Below the pieces are notes generated by a model, which saw only the letters and a program-made list of their open reading frames with translations, did no database searches and had not been told where the DNA came from. Shown here in pieces: positions 19,148-29,110 of a DNA stretch of 64,000 nucleotides. The DNA is from Candidatus Dojkabacteria bacterium (GTDB lineage: Bacteria > Patescibacteriota > Dojkabacteria > B142 > WJKM01): assembly GCA_014729085.1 (NCBI GenBank), contig WJKM01000019.1:836-64835 (forward strand). Reading direction: 5' to 3'. The translations under genes were made by a program, and so were the position numbers. Each line of letters begins with the position of its first letter. The first letter of the stretch is position 1.

Positions 19148-20974
19148 CTATCTAACTTTAGTACCAGATTCAATTTCTTTATCTGGATTAAGTAAAACTA
19201 CTTTTCCAGAGTCATCTGCTGCTAAAATCATTCCTTGGCTTTCTAAACCTCTAATAACTTTAGGCTCTAAATTAAACAAAACCGGAATTTGTTTTCCCAC
19301 CAGTTCTTCCGGAGAATAAAACTCTGCCAGTCCGGCCATAAGCTGTCTCTCTTCCTTACCTAGATCAACAATTAATTTTAGTAATTTATCTGCAGACTCT
19401 ACTTCTTCAGCCTTCTTAATTGTTCCAACACGGATATCCAATTTTGCAAAATCCTCATAACCAATTACAGCTTTTTCTTCTTTGTTTATATCTATATTAG
19501 CAGCTTTACTCAAACCAACAGCTTTTCTAATTTTTGCAAAAAGTTTGTCTGCAATTTTATTTGCTTTTTCTGCTCCCTTGATTCTCATGTCCTTTACATA
19601 ATCAATATTGTTTAATAATTCTTTCTTCTTTTTTCTAACATCTTTAAAATAATCCATGAAGGTTTCATATAATTTTTCCTTAATCTCCACATCTCCAATA
19701 TTTCCTGTTTTATATTTATCTTTCATCTCTTTTAATTCATCATTATTGTATTCCAGTAACTCAAGATAACTAAATGCAACATTTTTCTTTGGATCCCCTG
19801 GATCTGTAGGGTGTACTCTGGCAGGGTCGGTTGTAATTTTCATAATCTGTTGTCTTATCTTCTCCTCTTCTCCAAAAATAGATATGTCATTACCCAACGA
19901 CTTACTCATCTTTCTTTCTCCATCAATTCCCTTTACTCTAGCTACGTTTTTTCTAACGTATAATTTTGGAAGTTTAAGTGTTTTTCCATACCTTTTATTA
20001 AAATTACGTGCCATATCTCTGCATATCTCAACATGCTGAGTCTGGTCCTCGCCAACGGGTATTAAATCTGGTTCCAAAATTAAAATGTCAGCTGCCATTA
20101 AAACTGGATAAGAGAAAAGCCCCATACTAATATTGTCCTGAGCCACCTCTTTTTGTAATTTATCTTTATATGCATGCATTCTCTTAAGTTCCGCTATGGA
20201 TGTAACGTTATTTAAGATTGTCTGCAAATATGGAATTGCAGGTATATCGGATTGAACATAAAATGTAGTTTTTTCGGGGTCTATTCCAAATGCAATCCAT
20301 TCCATAAAAACATTCATAGTATTTTTCTCAACTTCCTTAGGATTAAATACAGTATTTAGAGCATGTATATTTGCAACAAAATAAAAACATTCTCCTCTAT
20401 CTTGAAATTCAACCTGTGGTTTTACAGCTCCGAAATAATTTCCAAGATGAAGACCTTTTGGAGAACTTGGAGTAATACCTGAAAGTACTCTTTTCTGTCC
20501 TCTAATGTATTGATAACTACAATCTACAACTTTCGGATTTGTCAATTTTTTAAGATCTTCGGGCCTCATCTTAATGTCCCATTCTGGATCCCCAAAACCT
20601 GAATAAACATATTCCTTCTCTAAAAGCGCCTTATCCATCACGTATTCTAAGTCTTCATGAAAAATGCTTACTGTACCTTTGTCAAAACCAAACTTTTTCT
20701 TTATTACTTCAGTATCTGCTGGCTGAATCTGTTTTAAATTTAATATTTTCTTCAACTTATTAATATCCACTTTTGTATCATCTCTCCTATAAACCCCAAT
20801 ATATCCTTTATCAGTTTTGAAAATCAAGGTAGATAATCCCTGATCATAGGTAAGGCCCATCTCAAAAATATACTCATCCACATCCGTCATTGGAGCATGC
20901 TTAATAAATTCGAAATCGTTAATGCCTAACTCTCTTAATAACTTCTCCTGTTCCTGAATATTTTTCGGCTTCAT
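19148..20974 (-). CDS. trpS: Tryptophanyl-tRNA synthetase with N-terminal YbaK/ProX-like deacylase domain and C-terminal EMAP/Trbp111-type tRNA-binding domain
   Basis: Class I core SGITPSSPKGLHLGNYFGA (TrpRS-type HxGN) and KMSKS. Residues ~40-150 align with the YbaK pattern KTLlv...D..klak.lg....A....V...tGy..G.vSp. The C-terminal GYEDFAKLDIRVGTIKKAEEV...GLESQGMILAA is an EMAP/MetRS-C-type OB fold. Confidence 0.8.
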   Translation of the reverse strand: MKPKNIQEQEKLLRELGINDFEFIKHAPMTDVDEYIFEMGLTYDQGLSTLIFKTDKGYIGVYRRDDTKVDINKLKKILNLKQIQPADTEVIKKKFGFDKGTVSIFHEDLEYVMDKALLEKEYVYSGFGDPEWDIKMRPEDLKKLTNPKVVDCSYQYIRGQKRVLSGITPSSPKGLHLGNYFGAVKPQVEFQDRGECFYFVANIHALNTVFNPKEVEKNTMNVFMEWIAFGIDPEKTTFYVQSDIPAIPYLQTILNNVTSIAELKRMHAYKDKLQKEVAQDNISMGLFSYPVLMAADILILEPDLIPVGEDQTQHVEICRDMARNFNKRYGKTLKLPKLYVRKNVARVKGIDGERKMSKSLGNDISIFGEEEKIRQQIMKITTDPARVHPTDPGDPKKNVAFSYLELLEYNNDELKEMKDKYKTGNIGDVEIKEKLYETFMDYFKDVRKKKKELLNNIDYVKDMRIKGAEKANKIADKLFAKIRKAVGLSKAANIDINKEEKAVIGYEDFAKLDIRVGTIKKAEEVESADKLLKLIVDLGKEERQLMAGLAEFYSPEELVGKQIPVLFNLEPKVIRGLESQGMILAADDSGKVVLLNPDKEIESGTKVR

Positions 20975-21025
20975 TTAATTTACTTAAAAATTTATATATT
21001 AATTTTACTTAAATTTGGTTTATAT

Positions 21026-21053
21026 AAAAAACAAAAAACCTCCTGTACGGAGG
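21026..21053 (-). terminator. Rho-independent terminator (A-tract + cctccgtacaggagg hairpin)
   Basis: 6-bp stem; in minus-strand sense it is followed by a U-tract. Lies downstream of the frameshifted Cys-rich gene. Confidence 0.5.
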
Positions 21054-21180
21054 AATACTAGAAAGACATGCTGACATAATCCGTACAATCAAATACGTTT
21101 CTGCCACCACATATTTTTTAATAAGAATATTTTATTTTTCATAACTGAATCTATTATAGCAGAACTGTTGCTGTATGTCC

Positions 21181-21935
21181 CTAAGGTTCAGAAAATAAAG
21201 GAAGAAGCGGATCGGTAAAACGCGTTTGAACTCCTGCATTGTACCTATTTGGGAACCTTAATTCGCTTCCTTTTTTAGGTATACGACCAGGCTTAGGTTG
21301 GCATAAAGGTTGAAATATACATCTAGGGCAATTTTCTTGTATCAACTTTTTTGAACTCTTATCTGCAACAGCACTTACTTCCCCATATGAGTCCCCTCGT
21401 AATAAAGGTTGCTCCAAAAGCACCACATTTGCTTCTGGCCATGGAAACCCCAGTGGCATTATAGTTGAGGGAAATCCTATCCTTACATTCGGAACAGAAC
21501 TAATTCTACATCCTCCTACATCATTTGTTAAGAAACCTTCCCCTCTGTTTGTTACATAGCTTACTGAACTATCTAGATGATGTTCTAATAAGGCTTCACC
21601 CAGGATACTTTTAATAATTACAGGCGTCTTTGGGTCTTGTCTATATCCTAAAAGCCTCAAAATTTCTGTATATTCTGCTTTACTATATTCTTTATATTTC
21701 TCCATTTCAAAAAAATTTATCCTATAAGTTTTGTACTTGGTGTATCGCTCCCCCCACCAAGCTTCCCTGCATCTGTAGCTCCACAGGAAGGCATTTGTCC
21801 TCCATATTCTGGCCATATTTGTGCTGCTCTTTGCCATACTTTTGGATCAAACCTATCCATAGGAACAGGATCATCATTGCATATACAACCCGATAAAGGT
21901 TGTCCACACCCCCAACATCTTGGTTCTAGTTCCAT
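21181..21935 (-). pseudogene. Cys-rich hypothetical protein gene disrupted by a frameshift at a C6/G6 homopolymer (~21750-21755); atypical GC-richer composition
   Basis: Two overlapping minus-strand ORFs in different frames (21717-21935 and 21181-21837) join smoothly across cttggtggggggagcg. N-terminal CWGCGQPLSGCIC and C-terminal CPRCIFQPLC cysteine clusters. Confidence 0.5.
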
Positions 21936-22053
21936 TCTATTTTTATAAATTATTTAATTATCCTTCTATTACAACTTTATCCTCAAACTCTTTCACAATC
22001 AAATTATTAATTTAACTTAATATGTAACCCAGTCTTCTCCGTCCCTCAAATCT

Positions 22054-22075
22054 AAAAAACCTCCATTTCTGGAGG
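22054..22075 (-). terminator. Rho-independent terminator (A6 + cctcca-tttc-tggagg)
   Basis: 6-bp stem with an A-tract on the plus strand, downstream of the WecA/MraY-like gene. Confidence 0.5.
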
Positions 22076-22286
22076 TTCAATAAAAAACAAATCAAATACA
22101 TATTAAACCTCCGTTACCTGTCTAACCCAGTTAGGATAGTAGGGGAGAAACTTAATTGTATTAGTAAATTGATTTGTATTCACGAGTCTTGTTAAAACCG
22201 ATTGTAAAATAACTTATTTATGTTATCAAGAATTATAACGAAAAAAAACTTGTAAAGTGTCGTTAAGAGTGTGTATGGCGAAGAAA

Positions 22287-23510
22287 TTAATAAGCATAAA
22301 CACTTTCTGGGGACTTCTTAACCTCGGAGGGCTCAACTCCTCCCTTATCTTTTTCAGACTCTTGTACATTTACACGCTTTACCCGCAAGAATGTAAGAAG
22401 TGCAAAAAACAATAGTAGAGCAACTATTGCTGCAAAAACTATAATAGCTAAAATATTAAATCCTGCAAAGTAATATGCAGCAAGCGCAAACAAACTAAAT
22501 ATTGAAATCTCAATTAATAATACCTGTTTTACAGTAAAGCCAAGCTTCATCAATCGATGATGAAAATGATGTTCGCCACTTATATTCATAAGTTTCCAGG
22601 GATTAAACTGCTTATATTTAATTAACCGACCAACCAAAACCCATATAAAATCTATAATTGGAAGAGCCAATAAAAGTATTGACGTAGTCATCTTACCATC
22701 TATCTTAATAGCAAAAATACCTAGTAGTATACCAAGTATTGTATTACCAATAGTACCGCCAATTATATATGCAGGAGGGAAATTAAATACCCAGAAGCCT
22801 AATACAGCACCTGTAAAAATTGCAGTTTGGGCTAACATATCATCCTTCCCAAATCTAATAGAAAGAAGCATTAATGTAGCTCCTGCAACTACGGACATAG
22901 TCTCCTCTAATGCATCAATACCTGCAACCCAATTCATGGAATTAATAATTACAATAAACCAAATGATTGTAATAATATCGGCAGGAAAAACAACCTTAAT
23001 TAAACCTTCCCAAAACGGTAATGAGAGTGTATATGCATCAAAGCTAAAAGAATGTCCAAAGATATGTATTGAAGTAATCCTTATGCCCCCAAGCACAATA
23101 ACCATAACTGCAAGAACCTGAAATGTCATTTGAATTCCACCATTGAGGTCTTTTATATCATCTATCAAGCCAACAATCATTAAAATAGTTAATCCAATAC
23201 CAATAGAGATTGAATATACTGTAAAGCCATTAATGAAAAACATTAAAACAATAAAAGCTATATATATTGCTAAACCACCTAAACGTGGTCTACTTTTAAG
23301 TGTCTTATCTTTTTTCCCCGTAATTTTTATCCTTCTTTTTGCAAACTTAGGTATATCGATTGCTTTTAAATACTTCGCTATTTTTGCAACAACTGGGGTC
23401 AGTATTAAGACAATGATGAAGCTTGTCGCTAATAAAGGAAAGACTTCTAATAATTTTTCGAAAATATATTCAAAGTTGATCATACTAATAATAAAACCAT
23501 TATCTGCCAA
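22287..23510 (-). CDS. Glycosyltransferase family 4 (WecA/MraY-type polyprenyl-phosphate N-acetylhexosamine-1-phosphate transferase)
   Basis: Multi-pass membrane protein with GLIDDIKDL (DDxxD) and NSMNWVAGIDAL motifs. The true start may be the internal Met near 23483. Confidence 0.75.
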   Translation of the reverse strand: MADNGFIISMINFEYIFEKLLEVFPLLATSFIIVLILTPVVAKIAKYLKAIDIPKFAKRRIKITGKKDKTLKSRPRLGGLAIYIAFIVLMFFINGFTVYSISIGIGLTILMIVGLIDDIKDLNGGIQMTFQVLAVMVIVLGGIRITSIHIFGHSFSFDAYTLSLPFWEGLIKVVFPADIITIIWFIVIINSMNWVAGIDALEETMSVVAGATLMLLSIRFGKDDMLAQTAIFTGAVLGFWVFNFPPAYIIGGTIGNTILGILLGIFAIKIDGKMTTSILLLALPIIDFIWVLVGRLIKYKQFNPWKLMNISGEHHFHHRLMKLGFTVKQVLLIEISIFSLFALAAYYFAGFNILAIIVFAAIVALLLFFALLTFLRVKRVNVQESEKDKGGVEPSEVKKSPESVYAY

Positions 23511-23971
23511 ATAAAAATAAAATAAAGGGAAGAAATAAATATAATAGAAATATTTAAAAATTTGGATAACCTACGGTCAAATATATATATTTTGTAAGAT
23601 AAAAAAAAGATTGCTAATTCTAAAAATCCTATTAGTACAGGGAAAAAATAGAAAGATTCCTTTGGATAAGTATCTCTAACCGAAATTTCCTGAACAAAGA
23701 AAAAAGGTACTTCGTAAGGAAGTTTATTCCAAAAAACATAGGTAATCATAATAGGTACAATAATTGTAAAGAATATGGACACTAAGGAAAATACATTAAC
23801 GAAACTCTTCCAAAATATTGCTGTTTCAAACTTCCTTTCAAAGTCATATAAAGTATTTTTCAAGTTGTAAAAAAATTCAAACCTATTTTTTTCGAGCTCC
23901 ATTTTCATTTGAGGGCTTTTTTGTTCCAAAGGATGTGATTTTTCTTCTTTTTGTTTTTTTTGAAAAAACAT
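23480..23971 (-). CDS. Hypothetical membrane protein
   Basis: 163 aa with three or more hydrophobic helices and no known motif. Confidence 0.4.
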   Translation of the reverse strand: MFFQKKQKEEKSHPLEQKSPQMKMELEKNRFEFFYNLKNTLYDFERKFETAIFWKSFVNVFSLVSIFFTIIVPIMITYVFWNKLPYEVPFFFVQEISVRDTYPKESFYFFPVLIGFLELAIFFLSYKIYIFDRRLSKFLNISIIFISSLYFIFIWQIMVLLLV

Positions 23972-23992
23972 ATAAATGCCTATTTACTCAAA

Positions 23993-24685
23993 TTAGTTAT
24001 TCAATAAAGCCCATAATTTTTTGACTATTAACAATTCATTTGAAACAAACCCCTCCTCTTTTATAAGAATACCTGAATTCTTCTCTAGGTTTACAAGCAC
24101 AATTATTTTAGAATTAACTATTCTAAAAAAGTTTGGCTCCAGCTTTAATCCATCTGTAGAGGAATCCGACATTTTTTCCAGATTCACAAAATTTGTCCTC
24201 TCAATAAGCTTCTTAGCATCATTAAACAATCCATCTTTGACTTTACTTGATTCTTTTAAAACTCCAATTGCATATAATTCATTTTCTCTCTGTATTATCT
24301 TAAACAGTTCCTTGAGTTCTCTTTCCCCATTAAAAAATTTAACTTTAAATGCGCTCTCATTTTTGTTAAAAATAGCTGTAAGCTCTGAATATTTGGATTC
24401 CAAGCTACTTAGAATATAATTGACTTCATTCTTTTTCTTATAGACCAACTGAATTAAATGATCAGGAGAAGTTGCCTTAAAAAAACGACTTTTTCCAACC
24501 TGTCTTTCCTCGACTAATCCGAGTTTCATCAGTGTTGGAAGATATTCATAACAAGATGTTCTAGGAAGATCCGTGTGTTTTGCAATATCAATTACTCTCA
24601 ACATACCTTCTTCCAATAAACAAGTATATATTTTTGAATATTCAGAACCTAAGTTTAAATTATTAAATACATCATTTAAATTCAA
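23993..24685 (-). CDS. TrmB-family transcriptional regulator
   Basis: N-terminal wHTH: YSKIYTCLLEEGMLRVIDIAKHTDLPRTSCYEYLPTLMKLGLVEE. Confidence 0.65.
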   Translation of the reverse strand: MNLNDVFNNLNLGSEYSKIYTCLLEEGMLRVIDIAKHTDLPRTSCYEYLPTLMKLGLVEERQVGKSRFFKATSPDHLIQLVYKKKNEVNYILSSLESKYSELTAIFNKNESAFKVKFFNGERELKELFKIIQRENELYAIGVLKESSKVKDGLFNDAKKLIERTNFVNLEKMSDSSTDGLKLEPNFFRIVNSKIIVLVNLEKNSGILIKEEGFVSNELLIVKKLWALLNN

Positions 24686-24786
24686 GAAAAAGAAGATAAC
24701 AATTATTTCATATTATGGAATATCTATAATACATTTATACCACAATCAGTCAATTTTTACATATCCTAACTATTTATTTTAATACT

Positions 24787-26199
24787 TTACCTTACATAAA
24801 TAGCTATGTCTTCATCGCTTTTTGGACTCATACTCTGATTTGGTCTATAAACGCTAACCTCCAAAGAATTTTGAAGATAATTCAGTGTGTTATTTTTTTC
24901 TCCCTCTGAGTAATCAACTATATACACATCTTCATCTACCACATTGTCGAAAGTCTTGTTACTTTGAATTAAATTATAGATAGGATGTTCTGTTTCCAAC
25001 CAGTATTCAAACCAAACTGGTATATCTTCAAACTGGCCATTTACAGAATAAACAGCAACCTTTGCCTCCTCATCGTATACTTCGGGATTATCAATTATAG
25101 TCCTTATTAAATTTTTCACTTTGTAATAATTATCGTCCCTACAGCAAGGTTGATCATAATGTATTGGAGTCAGATAAAAACCAGGTCTGTTATGGATACC
25201 GTCTGGTGGACTATATGCGGGCCGTGCAATATAGTTATTTTTTCCACCTAATGAATCATCAAGGTAAATATGATATATTTTTGCATTCTTCGCTTTTGGA
25301 GCAAGAGTAAGACCTGCAATGATCTCCTCTATGTCTATCTTGGAATAAAGAGCTGTATCCCGGAATGAATCATATATATCTTTGATTTTTTGAGGAGAAG
25401 TAATACCTAACTTAATTAGACGATTTTTGAAAGTTTCAAGTATTATATGCTGTCTTCTGGAACGTACAAAATCGGAAGTGTTTTGCCTAGATCTGGCATA
25501 TCTTAAAAGTTGTTCACTATTTAAAAACTGAAGACCTTTTGATAATTCAAAATATTCGTATCCATCATCTACAGGATACATTTCATAAACATTTTCTGGA
25601 ATATCGATCCACAAGCCTTTCTCTCCCTTGAATTCTTCGCCCACCACATTAAAAATTTCATAATAAGTCTCAAATGAAATTAGGGAATAATAATTATTTT
25701 TAAAGCCAGTTATCTTTTCTGTATATTTAGTTAAGAAATCTATTCCATCTTCTCTGCAGTTTGAATCTTGTCCGTACTTATAAAATCTATTAATAGCTTT
25801 GTCATAGCCTTGGTTTGCACAATCCTCTTCAATCTCATAACCGGTATCCCTAGGAATTGTAATTAAAAATATATTATTCGTTTCATAATCATAAATTGCC
25901 TGAATAATAGTATCTACATTTCTATCCTTACCTGAAAATTCATATCCGTCAAAATCCAGTTCTCTGCTGTCGATCCCCATCAGTAAGACTGTAGTAAAGC
26001 CATTTGTTTTCTCAATATTTTCCAAAGTTGTATCTTGGAACATACCTAATACATTACCAAACTGTGTTTCAACATATTTTTTACTTTCCGCTAGAGGATC
26101 TACCTTTGAAATCATTAAATATGATCCTCCGAAAGAGATAACAAACAAGCATAAAAAGAATATTTTATATTTTGATAAAATTTTTATTATATTTTTCAT
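24787..26199 (-). CDS. LytR-CpsA-Psr (LCP) family cell-envelope phosphotransferase
   Basis: N-terminal TM anchor, then TVLLMGIDSR...RNVDTIIQAIYD...LITIPRDT, matching the LCP core. Confidence 0.65.
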   Translation of the reverse strand: MKNIIKILSKYKIFFLCLFVISFGGSYLMISKVDPLAESKKYVETQFGNVLGMFQDTTLENIEKTNGFTTVLLMGIDSRELDFDGYEFSGKDRNVDTIIQAIYDYETNNIFLITIPRDTGYEIEEDCANQGYDKAINRFYKYGQDSNCREDGIDFLTKYTEKITGFKNNYYSLISFETYYEIFNVVGEEFKGEKGLWIDIPENVYEMYPVDDGYEYFELSKGLQFLNSEQLLRYARSRQNTSDFVRSRRQHIILETFKNRLIKLGITSPQKIKDIYDSFRDTALYSKIDIEEIIAGLTLAPKAKNAKIYHIYLDDSLGGKNNYIARPAYSPPDGIHNRPGFYLTPIHYDQPCCRDDNYYKVKNLIRTIIDNPEVYDEEAKVAVYSVNGQFEDIPVWFEYWLETEHPIYNLIQSNKTFDNVVDEDVYIVDYSEGEKNNTLNYLQNSLEVSVYRPNQSMSPKSDEDIAIYVR

Positions 26200-26364
26200 A
26201 ATCTATAAATTATACGATATATAAATCAATCTGTTACAATTAATTTAACCCGAATTACATTAATAATCTTTTAAGAAAGAATAGTATATTCGAAGATTAT
26301 CCACTGTTATCTATCAATATTCGGCTCATTGTATAATATACAACTTAAATCTCAAAATCAATAA

Positions 26365-27093
26365 ATGCTAGAAATAAAAAATCTCGAAGTAAGAACTGGA
26401 GATAAATTAATAATCAATAATTTTAACTTGGATATAAACCCAGGAGAGACGCATGTTCTAATGGGACCAAATGGAAGCGGAAAAAGTACTCTATGCAAGG
26501 CAATAATGGGACATCCAAAATACACAATCACTAAGGGATCAATTAGTGTTAATAAAAAAAATATTAAAAATTTGGAATCACACGAAAGAGCAAAACTTGG
26601 ACTATTTGTTGCAATGCAACATCCAACAGAAATCCCCGGTGTAAACTTCTCGAACTTTTTAAGGCTTGCATATAATTCAAGATTTGGAAAGGATAAAAAG
26701 ATACCGGTTTTTAAGTTTAGAAAAATACTTAAAGATAAACTAAAAATTTTAGATTTCTCTGAAAAATTTCTTGAAAGAAATCTAAACGAAGGATTTTCGG
26801 GCGGGGAAAAAAAGAAAGCGGAGATTCTACAGCTTGCGGTATTGGAACCTAAATATGCTATTTTAGATGAAACAGACTCCGGTTTAGATATAGACGCACT
26901 AAAAACAGTTTTTAATGGATTGAAAGAAATCCAGAACAAAAATAAGCAAATGGCTTTTCTTATAATTACTCATTATGAAAAAATCTTTGAATTCATCAGT
27001 CCAGATTTTATTCATGTTTTTAAAGACGGGAGTATAGTAGAAACCGGAGGAATGGAAATTATAGAGAAAATTCATAAGCAAGGATATCTATAA
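26365..27093 (+). CDS. sufC: Fe-S cluster assembly ATPase SufC
   Basis: MLEIKNLEVRTGDKLIINNFNLDINPGETHVLMGPNGSGKSTL...GHPKY, ABC signature FSGGEKKK, and H-loop ITHY. Confidence 0.9.
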   Translation: MLEIKNLEVRTGDKLIINNFNLDINPGETHVLMGPNGSGKSTLCKAIMGHPKYTITKGSISVNKKNIKNLESHERAKLGLFVAMQHPTEIPGVNFSNFLRLAYNSRFGKDKKIPVFKFRKILKDKLKILDFSEKFLERNLNEGFSGGEKKKAEILQLAVLEPKYAILDETDSGLDIDALKTVFNGLKEIQNKNKQMAFLIITHYEKIFEFISPDFIHVFKDGSIVETGGMEIIEKIHKQGYL

Positions 27094-27230
27094 AATACAC
27101 CGTGCTAAAGCATACAGTTTCAATTCGGAACATTGATCCTTCCATTTTTCGGTTACTTTCTAAAAAACTTACTGATATTATGTATACTGAATAAATTTTC
27201 CAGACATAATATTAACCTTTATATCCATCC

Positions 27231-27812
27231 ATGAAAAAATATATTGCAATAGTTGGAACAATTGCGGCCGGAAAAACCACTGCCTGCAAATATTTTCAAC
27301 AAAAAGGCTATATCCACTATAAACTGAGCCAAGGAATTTATGATGAAGCTGATAAAAGAGGACTTGACAGAACAGACAGAGTAATACTGCAAGACCTGGG
27401 AGATGAACTTAGAGAAAACCACGGAGTAGATGTACTTGCAAAGATTATTATCAAAAAAATTAAAAAAGATGATGACTCGAAAAAGTATGTGTTTGATAGC
27501 ATTAGAAATCATAATGAGATACTTACTTTACAAAAAGCTTTTGGTAAGGATCTAGTCGTAATAGCAATAGATGCCCCAATCAAGCTGAGGTATAAACGTG
27601 CTGTGGAACGCAAGGGTCAGTATAAAGAACAAAATCTTACCTTCCAAGAATTCAAAAAAAATAATGATAGAGATTTAGGAAAGGGAAATGCAGAAAATGA
27701 ACAAAACGTAATTAAATGCATAAGCCTTGCTGATTACAACGTACAAAATACAGGTAGTTTAAAGCAACTCAAATCTAAACTGGATAAAATATCCCAAAAG
27801 GAAAATGAATAA
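27231..27812 (+). CDS. P-loop nucleoside/nucleotide kinase-like protein
   Basis: Walker A IAIVGTIAAGKTT. Small, overlaps the downstream Nudix gene by 8 nt. Substrate unknown. Confidence 0.5.
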   Translation: MKKYIAIVGTIAAGKTTACKYFQQKGYIHYKLSQGIYDEADKRGLDRTDRVILQDLGDELRENHGVDVLAKIIIKKIKKDDDSKKYVFDSIRNHNEILTLQKAFGKDLVVIAIDAPIKLRYKRAVERKGQYKEQNLTFQEFKKNNDRDLGKGNAENEQNVIKCISLADYNVQNTGSLKQLKSKLDKISQKENE

Positions 27813-28311
27813 TTACTTAAGATATACTCAAGCCTCTGTAACCAATTTTTTGCATTATGAGGATTATTATCTTTTTATCAAACGTAAAAATAACAAACGT
27901 ATAGATCCTGGACGGTTGAATGGTATTGGAGGTAGACTTGAGCAAGGGGAGAATTACTTGGATGCATGTATTAGAGAAACAAAAGAAGAAACAGGTCTAA
28001 ACCCAAATATTAACGACATAAAATTCTCAGGCCTTGTAAGACTTCAAGAAGGTTATAGCGAAGATTGGATCATGGGTTTTTTTAAAATTAAAGTTAAGTC
28101 AAAAAAGATACCAAAAAAACACACTGAGGATGGAAAATTAGTTTGGATAAAAAAAGACAAAGTACTAGAATCAAAATTTGAACTTGTAGATGATTTATAT
28201 TATTGCTTTAATGATATTGTAGAAGGAAAAAGTATTTTCTTCATAAGTGCTATTTTGGACGAAAACGAAAAAATCAAAAAAATTCAAAAAAATCTGTTAC
28301 CTGTATATTAA
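27805..28311 (+). CDS. NUDIX hydrolase
   Basis: Nudix box GGRLEQGENYLDACIRETKEETGL. Confidence 0.75.
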   Translation: MNNYLRYTQASVTNFLHYEDYYLFIKRKNNKRIDPGRLNGIGGRLEQGENYLDACIRETKEETGLNPNINDIKFSGLVRLQEGYSEDWIMGFFKIKVKSKKIPKKHTEDGKLVWIKKDKVLESKFELVDDLYYCFNDIVEGKSIFFISAILDENEKIKKIQKNLLPVY

Positions 28312-28402
28312 CTAAGATACTATACTTTTTTTTACTGCCCGATGTACGCGATTTTTTTATTCAATAATTTCTTAACTTTATATATTATCTTTCTAATTAA
28401 TA

Positions 28403-29041
28403 ATGTCTAAAGGAAAATACATAATTTTTGAGGGCATAGTCGGTACAGGTAAAAGTACTCAATCCAAACAAATTTACAGCTATCTAGAAGATAAATATCC
28501 TAATAAAAAATTTATATGGACATTTGAGCCAGGAGGATCTGAAATAGCAGATGAAATTAGAAGGGTTGTGCAAGCAACAGAATACGAGGAGAAAATGGAT
28601 CCTATTTGTGAAGCCTATTTATATGCTTCTTCAAGAGCACAAACAATAAGAAAAATTATTAAACCAAATTTAGAAAAAGGAAATATTGTGATTGCCGATC
28701 GAAGTTTTTTAACAAGCATTGCTTACCAGGGTTTTGCCCGAGAATTGGGCCCTGAATTAATTTTAAAAATAAATGAATCTGCATTAGATGATTGTTTTCC
28801 TGACTTAGTACTTTTTCTCGATCTTGATATTAAACCTGCTCTACAACGTACTTTTGACTTTGATGGTGATAAGTTCGAAAAAGAAAGCGTTGATTTTTTT
28901 AAAAAAGCACTTAAAGGCTATAAATATGCCTCTCAATTATCTAAGCTTAAGAATAAATGGGTAACGATTAATGCCAGAGGCAACATTGACGAAGTATACC
29001 AAAGGATTATTAAGGTCTTGAATAAGAGACTAGAATTCTGA
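28403..29041 (+). CDS. tmk: Thymidylate kinase
   Basis: IIFEGIVGTGKSTQ P-loop, FEPGGS, and DRSFLTSIAYQG (DRxxxS lid region). Confidence 0.85.
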   Translation: MSKGKYIIFEGIVGTGKSTQSKQIYSYLEDKYPNKKFIWTFEPGGSEIADEIRRVVQATEYEEKMDPICEAYLYASSRAQTIRKIIKPNLEKGNIVIADRSFLTSIAYQGFARELGPELILKINESALDDCFPDLVLFLDLDIKPALQRTFDFDGDKFEKESVDFFKKALKGYKYASQLSKLKNKWVTINARGNIDEVYQRIIKVLNKRLEF

Positions 29042-29110
29042 TTTTTTTCAAATCCTGCTAGAATATATAAAATTATATCTATTGACTTTATACTTATTAA
29101 AAATTTATAA

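Noticed and set aside
22100-22160. cctccgttacctgtctaacccagttaggatagtaggggag segment considered as a small RNA or tRNA fragment
   Set aside because: No cloverleaf or conserved ncRNA motif recognisable; more likely a weak secondary hairpin near a terminator.
26358-26939. 193-aa minus-strand ORF antisense to sufC
   Set aside because: It lies entirely within the strongly supported sufC gene on the opposite strand, has low-complexity S/F/L-rich composition and no motif. It is a shadow ORF.
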